Source: a virus (taxonomy: Duplodnaviria > Caudoviricetes). From it: a stretch of DNA of 58,094 nucleotides. The stretch is taken from IMG/VR virus record IMGVR_UViG_3300030110_001023, positions 1 to 58,094 of that record; one strand, written 5' to 3'. The notes under the pieces are model-generated. The model was not told the origin of the DNA and did no database searches. It worked only from the letters and a program-made list of their open reading frames with translations. The translations under genes and the position numbers were made by a program. Positions 1 to 6,901 of this stretch are shown here, one piece after another. Numbering within the stretch: position 1 is the first letter of the stretch; each line of letters begins with the position of its first letter.

Positions 1-601
1 CCATGTTGCTGACCGCATTGTATGCGCGGTCAAAACATTCGGTGGTCACCTCCGATACACGCTCCTCATTCTTGCGTTGTATCTGAGCGGTGATCTTCTG
101 CTTGTCATCCTCAGACATGGCGACCCGAAAGTCTCCAGCCTCAGGGACAGGCCGCACCTCGATGTCTGCCCAGAACATGCCAGCGACATCAGCTTGGTGG
201 GGAAACAGACCTGCGTCATACAGATCACCCAACCTGTCAGGTGCCTGATCGACAAGCTCAGGGTACACCTTGACGAAGTCAGCGACTGCGAGGTCGAAGG
301 CGTCCTTCTTCTCACGCATGACCTCAGTGAAACGCTCGTAGCCGCTGGCCTTGATGATGTACCAGCCATCCTCAGACCACGGTGCGGTCTCAGCAGCGAA
401 CACATTGTAGAGAACACCCCGTGCGGTCTTGACCGCTTTGTATTTGGAGTGGGTGGTATCGATGGTGGTCTTGAGAACCTTGACCGCCTTGTTATTGGCG
501 TTCTTCTGATCCGCGACCTCAGCCGATACAGCCTTGTCAGTTTTGGAAAAACTGGGGCACTTGACCGACAGCCTTACAAGCAATGCTTTTTCTGAAAGCA
601 T
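1..601 (-). CDS. DUF3150-like phage protein, N-terminal part (runs off the left edge)
   Basis: Not in ORF track. ATG at 601 with RBS GAAAGGAG; frame MLSEKALLVRLSVKCPSFSKTDK...ETAPWSEDGWYII...FRVAMS...RAYNAVSNM is open to the edge. Family call is by resemblance and by its context beside AAA and VWA genes. Confidence 0.7.
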   Translation of the reverse strand, partial: MLSEKALLVRLSVKCPSFSKTDKAVSAEVADQKNANNKAVKVLKTTIDTTHSKYKAVKTARGVLYNVFAAETAPWSEDGWYIIKASGYERFTEVMREKKDAFDLAVADFVKVYPELVDQAPDRLGDLYDAGLFPHQADVAGMFWADIEVRPVPEAGDFRVAMSEDDKQKITAQIQRKNEERVSEVTTECFDRAYNAVSNM

Positions 602-630
602 GATAGCTCCTTTCGATGGTTGATATTTAC

Positions 631-646
631 GAGTCACCAGTGACTC
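631..646. promoter_or_regulatory. 16-bp palindromic operator-like site, copy 1 (GAGTCACCAGTGACTC)
   Basis: 7-bp inverted arms with a 2-bp spacer; intergenic, 30 bp upstream of ATG 601; five further copies elsewhere. Confidence 0.65.
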
Positions 647-662
647 AGGATGTGATGCATTC

Positions 663-703
663 GCATCTATCAGCACACCCGCTGTGATGTGCTGGTAGAT
701 GCG
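663..703 (-). other. long intergenic RNA hairpin (processing or attenuation element)
   Basis: Arms gcatctatcagcaca / tgtgctggtagatgc lie between the AAA gene and the DUF3150-like gene. Confidence 0.45.
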
Positions 704-730
704 GGGGCGTTAGCCCCCACACCGTAGGCG

Positions 731-1717
731 TTAGCCGATCTCCACATCGGCATTGTCTGCGCGGTACTCGCATACTGCGCGGGTCTCAGCCAGATCAGGC
801 TGACGGGACAGGATGTCCCGCACTAGGACGACACTGAACTCCCGCCCCAGTCGCTTGCCGTAGATCAGCGCAGCGCCAATGGTCTCTTCGGTAACCCGCT
901 TGGCGATGTTAGACACCAAGGCGATGGTCACGTCAGTCTCTGTCGGCACCTCGCAACCCTCTGGGTCATCGAAGACCTTAGAGACAGGGATCAGCCTGTC
1001 AAAGATGCGGAGGAAGCCAGCGAACTCTGCCGCACGTCCCTCGCCAATCACCCCAGAGAATGCTGGCAAGTAGTCTTTGCATTCCAAGTGGGGAAGCAGG
1101 GCCGACACCGTAGACCATGACCGTGCGGTGGGGCACACCTCAGCCTTGGGGTCGAACTCTTGGAGTGCATCAGGGCGGTGCCTGATGTATCCGACCACAC
1201 GGTGATCGATGCCCGACTGTCCAGCCCATGCCGCCCAGTCGTCAGTGTCAGCCTCCAGTGGCACCACCGTGAGACGGTCCCGCACATGGGTTGGCAGTGG
1301 CCGACAGCCAGCCTTGTCCTTGGAGCGGTTGCCTGTGGCGATCACCGCCCAGCCCTTGGGCAGCTTGTAGCCATGCAGCTCCCGCTCCAGCAAGAGCCGC
1401 GCAGCACCGTTGAGAACGCCCTCGTCACCTTGAGGTAACTCGTCAATGAGAAGGACACCGACATCCCCGTCACGATCTGCGCGGGGTAGCCAGTCCATTG
1501 GCTTGAAGGTGGTAAGTGACCCTGACACGTCAGGGATACCCGTCCAATCCTCCCGTGCCATCGTGGGCACTGGGGCATAGATCAGGTTACCTCCCAGATC
1601 GTCAGCGACCTGACGTGCTAGGGCAGTCTTGCCCAGACCGGGTTCGCCTTCGAGGTAGGGCACACGACCCGACTTGACGATGGCGTGAACGATGCGAAGT
1701 GCTTGAGAAAATTTCAT
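731..1717 (-). CDS. MoxR/dynein-related AAA+ ATPase
   Basis: Walker A GEPGLGKT, Walker B LLIDE, sensor ATGN, arginine finger DR, helix motif PTARSW. Confidence 0.88.
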   Translation of the reverse strand: MKFSQALRIVHAIVKSGRVPYLEGEPGLGKTALARQVADDLGGNLIYAPVPTMAREDWTGIPDVSGSLTTFKPMDWLPRADRDGDVGVLLIDELPQGDEGVLNGAARLLLERELHGYKLPKGWAVIATGNRSKDKAGCRPLPTHVRDRLTVVPLEADTDDWAAWAGQSGIDHRVVGYIRHRPDALQEFDPKAEVCPTARSWSTVSALLPHLECKDYLPAFSGVIGEGRAAEFAGFLRIFDRLIPVSKVFDDPEGCEVPTETDVTIALVSNIAKRVTEETIGAALIYGKRLGREFSVVLVRDILSRQPDLAETRAVCEYRADNADVEIG

Positions 1718-1720
1718 GAG

Positions 1721-1954
1721 CTAGGCTCCTTTCAAGGCTTGTTTGGTTTGGGAAACAGTTCCTCTGAAAATCATCAGAGCAACCTTGGCGACCACGATGG
1801 CCAGTGATCTGCGGGTGGGCAGACCACGATTAGCGAGTTCATCTTGAGCAACGCTGGCAATCTCCGTGATAGATGATTGCGAGTGTAACTCGAACTCGAA
1901 GTGAGGCTGCATGTCTGATGCAATCTCTTGGATAACTTGATCTGACACAAACAT
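1721..1954 (-). CDS. hypothetical protein (77 aa)
   Basis: ATG 1954 preceded by AAGGAGG; packed in the operon. Confidence 0.65.
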   Translation of the reverse strand: MFVSDQVIQEIASDMQPHFEFELHSQSSITEIASVAQDELANRGLPTRRSLAIVVAKVALMIFRGTVSQTKQALKGA

Positions 1955-2037
1955 TGTGTCCTCCTTTCGGGTTGGTTGAGATGATGGTGTAATTGACACC
2001 GTCGAGGGCACCCAGCGGGTGCCCTCTGCGTTGGCAA

Positions 2038-2226
2038 CTATCGACGTAGCCTCGCCATCTTATTGAGGTGACGCTGGCGTTCTTTGAAACGCTGCTCACG
2101 TCGCTTGTTTCTCCGACGAACGTGGGCGATGTACGGGTCAGGTTCGTAGGTGCTGTAGAATGCCAAGGCAGCGGTGAACACTGCCGCGACAACGAAGATT
2201 GAGCAAAATAAAATGACTGCGCTCAT
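2038..2226 (-). CDS. small membrane protein (N-terminal TM, basic tail)
   Basis: Hydrophobic N-terminus, RBS GAGGA, operon packing. Confidence 0.6.
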   Translation of the reverse strand: MSAVILFCSIFVVAAVFTAALAFYSTYEPDPYIAHVRRRNKRREQRFKERQRHLNKMARLRR

Positions 2227-2228
2227 GA

Positions 2229-2474
2229 TCAGTTCCTCTCGTTTTTGGGTGTGTACTTTTCCAAGTGCAACACGTTGTTAACGTACCATCTCTTGTGCCC
2301 ATGCTTGTGAACATGCAGAGAGTGCTTGCCCTGCCTTGGCGTGGCCCTTTTGTCAGCCGTGCCATCTTTTTTTCTAGGCTGGTACAGGTTGGTGACGACA
2401 GTCCAGCCAGAGCGGCGAGGGTGTGTCTCGCGGCTCTGGCCTACGCAAACGCGACCATATGGTGTATAATTCAT
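2229..2474 (-). CDS. hypothetical basic protein
   Basis: ATGA overlap with the stop of the upstream gene at 2471-2474. Confidence 0.55.
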   Translation of the reverse strand: MNYTPYGRVCVGQSRETHPRRSGWTVVTNLYQPRKKDGTADKRATPRQGKHSLHVHKHGHKRWYVNNVLHLEKYTPKNERN

Positions 2475-2734
2475 GATCCATGCCCCCTGCGTTTGAACAC
2501 CGATTGCCAATTGTTTTTGTCTAGCAGGTGGTCAGCCAGCAGCCCCATCAGGTCTGCCTTGCAGTCCTCCAAGGTGGCAGCATATGTCACCTCAAGGACG
2601 TGGCCGTCCGCTGTGACATAGCCCGCCCAGCGCAGGTCTTCGAAACCTTCGGCAGCCTCATGATCTGGGGCAGCGTTGTATTGCCGAAACTGCGGCTGCG
2701 TAACGTCCATCGACGTGAAATATTTTTTGTTCAT
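2471..2734 (-). CDS. hypothetical protein (87 aa)
   Basis: Start MNKKYF at 2734 with RBS GAAAGG, just downstream of the hammerhead cleavage site. Confidence 0.6.
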   Translation of the reverse strand: MNKKYFTSMDVTQPQFRQYNAAPDHEAAEGFEDLRWAGYVTADGHVLEVTYAATLEDCKADLMGLLADHLLDKNNWQSVFKRRGHGS

Positions 2735-2770
2735 GTTATGCCTTTCGGTTGATGTTGATATTGAGTGGTT

Positions 2771-2839
2771 ACCCAGAACGCTGCGCAGCGGTGCAGCGTT
2801 TTCGGCCCGTACCAATGGGCGCTCATCAGTGGGCTTGGT
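2771..2839 (-). ncRNA. type I hammerhead ribozyme
   Basis: Minus strand: ACCAA-GCCCA-CUGAUGA-GCGCCC(AUUGGUAC)GGGCC-GAAA-ACGCUGC(ACCGCUGC)GCAGCGU-UC^UGGGU. Full core, three stems, and loop II UUGGU complementary to the 5' ACCAA. Confidence 0.88.
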
Positions 2840-3026
2840 CTGCCTCGCATTCGGGGCAGATCGTGGGGGTCTCGAATGCCTCTGTGTAATACGCGCAGTC
2901 GTCGCAATCGGGGTCGATCTCAATGATCTCAACCTCCCCAGCTTCCTCCATGTGATCCATGAAGTTTTCAGGGGTAAGCTTGGACAGATCAACGTCAGCG
3001 GTAAGCGCATAAGTTTTGTATTTCAT
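2826..3026 (-). CDS. small acidic zinc-ribbon protein
   Basis: CDDC...CPEC; RBS GGAG; its TGA stop lies inside the ribozyme CUGAUGA. Confidence 0.65.
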   Translation of the reverse strand: MKYKTYALTADVDLSKLTPENFMDHMEEAGEVEIIEIDPDCDDCAYYTEAFETPTICPECEADQAH

Positions 3027-3043
3027 TTCAACTCCAATCGTAA

Positions 3044-3059
3044 AAGTTACCAGTGACTC
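3044..3059. promoter_or_regulatory. 16-bp palindromic site, copy 2 (AAGTTACCAGTGACTC)
   Basis: Matches consensus RAGTYAC-CA-GTRACTY; 18 bp upstream of ATG 3026. Confidence 0.6.
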
Positions 3060-3061
3060 AG

Positions 3062-3088
3062 AAAGTGTGCCGCCCCCGAAGGGGCGGC
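3062..3088 (-). terminator. GC-rich hairpin with UUCG tetraloop (terminator or attenuator)
   Basis: GCCGCCCC-UUCG-GGGGCGGC just after the stop at 3095; U tail is weak. Confidence 0.55.
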
Positions 3089-3094
3089 GTTGGA

Positions 3095-3706
3095 TTAGAC
3101 TGCCTGTTTGAGGACAGTCACGTTGTCGTCGTATCCGCTGCCGACCTTGGCGAGGTCAGCGGCGTTCATGACCAATTCCCAGACAGCGGTCTTGCCTTCG
3201 ACGGTATCGACATCGTGACCGTTTGCCTTGGCAAGCTTCTGGGCGAGGGCGACGATCTGCTCTTCGTCGCTCAATTCCTCCTTCGGGTTCAGGAAGGCGA
3301 CCAGCTTGTTGAAGCTGTTGATCTGCAACTCTTCGCAGCGTTGGTTGATCGTGTCGCGAAACTTTCCAGCGGTCAGGTTGTCGCTGTAGCCGCCGTCTCT
3401 TGCGACGTTGATGGTGCTGAGAAATTCAGGATGCTTGGCAAGCTTGAGGGCATTTTCTGCCAGCTTCTTGCCTTTGCCGCTGGCATTCTTCTGCCCCAGC
3501 ACATCGAAGCACACCGCATCGCGGAACTGGCCAGCCTTCTTGCTGCCCTTGCGGAAGTTTTGGCGAGCAGCTTCAACCGCCAGAATGCCGATCAAGGTGA
3601 ACTTGTCAGCCTCGACAAATTGGTTGGCGCGGAATTCAGAGATCTCAGCTTCTTTGCGTGAGATGTCGGCGGCAACGTGAGCAGCTTGTTTGATGATGTT
3701 TGTCAT
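3095..3706 (-). CDS. hypothetical early protein (203 aa), first gene of the early operon
   Basis: Start MTNIIKQ with RBS GAAGGGA; strong GC3 codon bias. Confidence 0.75.
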   Translation of the reverse strand: MTNIIKQAAHVAADISRKEAEISEFRANQFVEADKFTLIGILAVEAARQNFRKGSKKAGQFRDAVCFDVLGQKNASGKGKKLAENALKLAKHPEFLSTINVARDGGYSDNLTAGKFRDTINQRCEELQINSFNKLVAFLNPKEELSDEEQIVALAQKLAKANGHDVDTVEGKTAVWELVMNAADLAKVGSGYDDNVTVLKQAV

Positions 3707-3730
3707 GTGTGTGATCCCTTCGATCTGAAT

Positions 3731-3800
3731 GTGTTTCGACCATGCTTGGTCCAAGGGGCAGGATTGCCCTCATCAGGGGTGCAGCATCAGCACCCGACAC
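3731..3800 (-). ncRNA. type III hammerhead ribozyme with an extra hairpin inserted in the core
   Basis: GUGUC^-GGGUGC(UGAUGCU)GCACCC-CUGAUGA-[GGGCA(AUCC)UGCCC-CUUG]-GACCA(AGCA)UGGUC-GAAACAC. Loop I AUGCU is complementary to AGCAU at loop II. Confidence 0.78.
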
Positions 3801-4103
3801 TTGCGGGGTGGTCTCTCAGTCAGCAACCGTTCGTTGCCTCGCACGTCCAGCTTGCTATCGCTGGGGGTTCGCGGCGGCAGAGATGCCATCCCCGTGATCC
3901 CCGTTGCCAACGTCCTTTCATCGTTGTCGTGCAGCGGGGTCTCATTCTGGCGGGGCTGTCACACCTTACGCTCTTGTCCGTTTGCTAGGACACCAGCCTC
4001 ATTGCTGATGCGGTCCCTTCCCGGATCGCTGTGGTTCGCTTTGTTTCTGGCTAGCGTTGCCCAGGGGGTGGCCCCCGCTCGGTGACTGATGTGTGCCGCC
4101 GAG
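3796..4103 (-). ncRNA. putative ~300-nt structured non-coding RNA or leader
   Basis: No credible ORF; many hairpins and possible 5'/3' closing pairing; lies between a promoter and a hammerhead cleavage site. Confidence 0.55.
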
Positions 4104-4109
4104 GACCTA

Positions 4110-4138
4110 CGTATGGACCCACTCGGTGGGCTTGTCAA
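4110..4138 (-). promoter_or_regulatory. sigma70-type early promoter
   Basis: TTGACA-17 bp-CATACG on the minus strand; a -10 element lacking the last T is common in Alphaproteobacteria. Confidence 0.55.
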
Positions 4139-4410
4139 ACACAAATTGTCACATTATCGAAAGTTTTTTTTCGGTTTGAGGCTGACTGCGGGTTTCCAGT
4201 GGCCACCAAATCCCATTGATTTGTCAGGAGGTGAATTTAAGCTGTTTTTTGGACGTGTTTTTACATGCGCTGCGAATCGTCATTTTCGGGCGCTACTGCA
4301 AGAAAAACGAGTCGGTTTGTAATGTTTTCAATGACTTAATTTTTTTGGGGGTGTCGACCTGGTCGCACGCTGCGTGTCACCCCCGCCTGAAAAAAAAGGA
4401 GATTCGGACG

Positions 4411-4905
4411 ATGTCAGACAGTTTGAAAGTGGTGGGCGGCACCGACAGCGGCAAGCAGTCGGGCAAGGGGCGGCGACCACTGACCAGCAAGCAGCAAGCA
4501 TTCGCTGATGGCGTGGTCTCAGGTCTCAGTCAGAGCGAGGCCTACCGGCGCGCTTATTCGGCGGCTGGCATGAAAGCATCAGCCGTCCATACCGAGAGTA
4601 GTTCATTGGCTGGCCACCCTGAGGTTGCCCGAAGGATCGCGGCGGGATTAGCGGAGAAGGAACGGGCAGCACAGCGCAGCGGCCTCTCCCGAAGGGCAAT
4701 GGTTCTTGAGAGGCTGGAGCATGAGGCCATGAACGCAGAGGCTGATGCGGCCCGTATCAGGGCACTCGAATTGCTGGGGAAACATGAGCGGCTATTTGTG
4801 GACGTGGTAGAGAATCAGGAAGACACTCGGACGGCTGATGACCTGCGCGAAGAACTGGCGCAGCGGCTGGCTGGTCTGACCGCTCGAGTCACTGGTGACT
4901 CGTAG
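4411..4905 (+). CDS. terS: terminase small subunit
   Basis: LTSKQQAFADGVVSGLSQSEAYRRAY HTH and RIRALELLGKH motif; ATG 4411 with RBS AAGGAG. Confidence 0.85.
   Translation: MSDSLKVVGGTDSGKQSGKGRRPLTSKQQAFADGVVSGLSQSEAYRRAYSAAGMKASAVHTESSSLAGHPEVARRIAAGLAEKERAAQRSGLSRRAMVLERLEHEAMNAEADAARIRALELLGKHERLFVDVVENQEDTRTADDLREELAQRLAGLTARVTGDS
4886..4901. promoter_or_regulatory. 16-bp palindromic site, copy 3 (GAGTCACTGGTGACTC)
   Basis: Exact reverse complement of copy 1 (match extends to 19 bp); overlaps the last codons of terS. Confidence 0.6.
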
Positions 4906-5160
4906 CAGCACGATGCGCTGCGCGGCGGGCGGCGGGATGGCAGTCAGGCAAAAAGACCCCGCCCCTAAACGGCCAACTGTTTCTGGCGTCAGAAGCCGAG
5001 GGGCCACCCCCTGTGCTGCGACACAGCGCGTGTCAGGCACGCATGTATGCTGTTTCACTCAAACGATTAGCTGATTTTAATAGACCCCCCCTATTACTTC
5101 TTTTTCCCAATGGGATGAAGTGTGCCCCCACCCCTATAAAACAATCTGACATGATGTAGG

Positions 5161-5189
5161 TTTACAGTGGGCCTATAATGTGCTATAAA
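5161..5189 (+). promoter_or_regulatory. sigma70-type promoter
   Basis: TTTACA-17 bp-TATAAA upstream of the mom-like gene. Confidence 0.5.
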
Positions 5190-5208
5190 ATCACAGGGAG
5201 AAAAGTCT

Positions 5209-5922
5209 ATGGCAGTTCCTGATGATTATTCAGTAAGGCAGATTATGTCGTATGAATGCCATGAATGGTTTCTAAAAAAACACTATGCAAAACGATTGCC
5301 GTCTACTTCATATGCTTTTGGTCTTTATAGAAATAAAGATAGTTTGCTTATAGGTGTTTGTAGTTATGGCAGACCGATGAGTTCAACATTGGTAAGTGGT
5401 TCGTTTAATGGGCTATACCAAGATAATTTTATGGAACTAAACAGGTTGATCATAACAGATGATGCAGAAAAAAACGTACTGTCTTTTTTTGTATCGCAAA
5501 CTTTAAAAAAATTACAGTCACCAAGTGTAGTAGTTAGTTATGCAGATAGCTCTCAGCATCATCACGGATATATTTATCAAGCGACAAATTGGATATACAC
5601 AGGTTTAAGTAAAAAATTTAAAGATTATGCTGTTGAAGGATTAGAACATATGCATCACAGCTCTATTGAAGATAGTGTTGGCAGGTATGACAAGAATAAA
5701 AACATTAATAAACAAGAGTTACTAAAAGAAAGATATGGAGACAGGTTGTACATGAAAGAACGTGCAAGAAAGCATAGATATTTTTATGTATTAGGGAACA
5801 AGAAACAACGAAAAGAAATGGTAAAAAATTTAGCTTATACAGTAAAACCGTATCCAAAGGGGGATAACAAAAAGTATGATGCTTCATACACACCATCTAC
5901 ACAAGGAGTTTTATTTCTGTGA
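5209..5922 (+). CDS. Mom-like adenine-modification enzyme (GNAT fold)
   Basis: KKHY..R.P...YAFGL, GVCSYG.P, ELNRL, VVSYAD...H.GYIYQATNWIYTG, KHRY motifs. Confidence 0.8.
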   Translation: MAVPDDYSVRQIMSYECHEWFLKKHYAKRLPSTSYAFGLYRNKDSLLIGVCSYGRPMSSTLVSGSFNGLYQDNFMELNRLIITDDAEKNVLSFFVSQTLKKLQSPSVVVSYADSSQHHHGYIYQATNWIYTGLSKKFKDYAVEGLEHMHHSSIEDSVGRYDKNKNINKQELLKERYGDRLYMKERARKHRYFYVLGNKKQRKEMVKNLAYTVKPYPKGDNKKYDASYTPSTQGVLFL

Positions 5923-6104
5923 TACCACCTAGTAACTGCCCTTGGTGTGGCGAGTTCACTCACTATAACTTTGTGAGGGGTCACTACGTTTGTTTGAGAT
6001 GTAGCAGACCAGTGTCAGATTGCTGTGACGGTGAAACTGCTAACGATCAAAAACAGTTAAACAGTCAGAGGGACACTGTTAATAACAGTTCTTATAACAG
6101 TTAA
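5919..6104 (+). CDS. small zinc-ribbon protein
   Basis: CPWC...RGHYVCLRC...DCCDGE. Confidence 0.6.
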   Translation: MIPPSNCPWCGEFTHYNFVRGHYVCLRCSRPVSDCCDGETANDQKQLNSQRDTVNNSSYNS

Positions 6105-6175
6105 TATTTTTTTTGTTAATAACTGATAACAGATAATAACAGTAACTGTTAATAACAGGGTTAACCAAATAACAT
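6040..6175. repeat. AT-rich cluster of TAACAG/CTGTTA repeats (candidate replication origin or operator array)
   Basis: About ten (A)TAAC(AG) units in both orientations, including two copies of the palindrome CTGTTAATAACAG. Confidence 0.6.
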
Positions 6176-6187
6176 TTTTTTGGAGGT

Positions 6188-6901
6188 TTGTCAAACTTGT
6201 CAATGAACACTTTCGGTAAACGACTAACAGTCGCTATGAAGAACGCTAAGAAAAGTCAGACTGACATCGCCCGTGATCTATCTGTGGCACAGGCTTCGGT
6301 TAATGCTTGGGTATGGGATAAGAACTGGCCCACCATGAAAAATCTTCTAGCTCTCGAATCTCATCTTGATGTGAGCGTAAATTGGCTTTTGGTAGGAGAA
6401 GAAGGAATGCGAAACAAATTTGATTACTACCCTACCCCAGCTACCATTATCTGCGAACTGGGCAGACGCATAGGATGGGATGCTTGCTCCTTCTGGGAGC
6501 CGTGTAATGGTGGTGGGCATATGAGTGATGGTATGAAGTCTTTTGGATTTAGTGCCATCAGAACGGATATACAGGATGGAGAGGACTTCTTTTCATATGA
6601 TGAGGCACTCCATGAGAACCTGATAACCAATCCACCCTTTCGTCAGATACGAGAGTTTATAGATCATGCCTTTGCGATTGGGGTGAAGCGTATGGCTCTG
6701 GTTTGTCCTGAGCGGTTATGGGCATGTCGAAAAGGAAACGAACAGTTTAGGAGGCACAGACCTGATGTGTTCGCCATGATGGACTGGCGCGAAGATTATT
6801 TAAACAAAGGAGGGAAACCGGATCGTGCCCTCGCTGTTTCTATCTGGAACTCCCCTTGTGCTGATTCTTGTAGCTTTGATATATGGTCGAGAACTTTGTA
6901 A
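6188..6901 (+). CDS. Cro/CI-type HTH fused to an amino-DNA methyltransferase
   Basis: N-terminal FGKRL...SQTDIARDLSVAQASVNAW...LDVSVNWLLVG; C-terminal DYYPTP, WEPCNGGG (SAM motif I) and ITNPPF (motif IV). Confidence 0.82.
   Translation: MSNLSMNTFGKRLTVAMKNAKKSQTDIARDLSVAQASVNAWVWDKNWPTMKNLLALESHLDVSVNWLLVGEEGMRNKFDYYPTPATIICELGRRIGWDACSFWEPCNGGGHMSDGMKSFGFSAIRTDIQDGEDFFSYDEALHENLITNPPFRQIREFIDHAFAIGVKRMALVCPERLWACRKGNEQFRRHRPDVFAMMDWREDYLNKGGKPDRALAVSIWNSPCADSCSFDIWSRTL

Noticed and set aside
77-595. 172-aa plus-strand ORF and similar long antisense ORFs (3053-3661, 57058-57366 and others)
   Set aside because: Shadows of GC3-biased minus-strand genes that have RBSs and recognisable motifs.
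1755-1790. Third hammerhead at CUGAUGA (minus strand, ~1771-1777)
   Set aside because: Inside a CDS, with no stem II/GAAA/stem III arrangement.
4118-4130. CCCAC-3nt-GTGGG hairpin as an N4-type hairpin promoter
   Set aside because: Single copy, located in a sigma70 spacer, and no virion RNAP identified.
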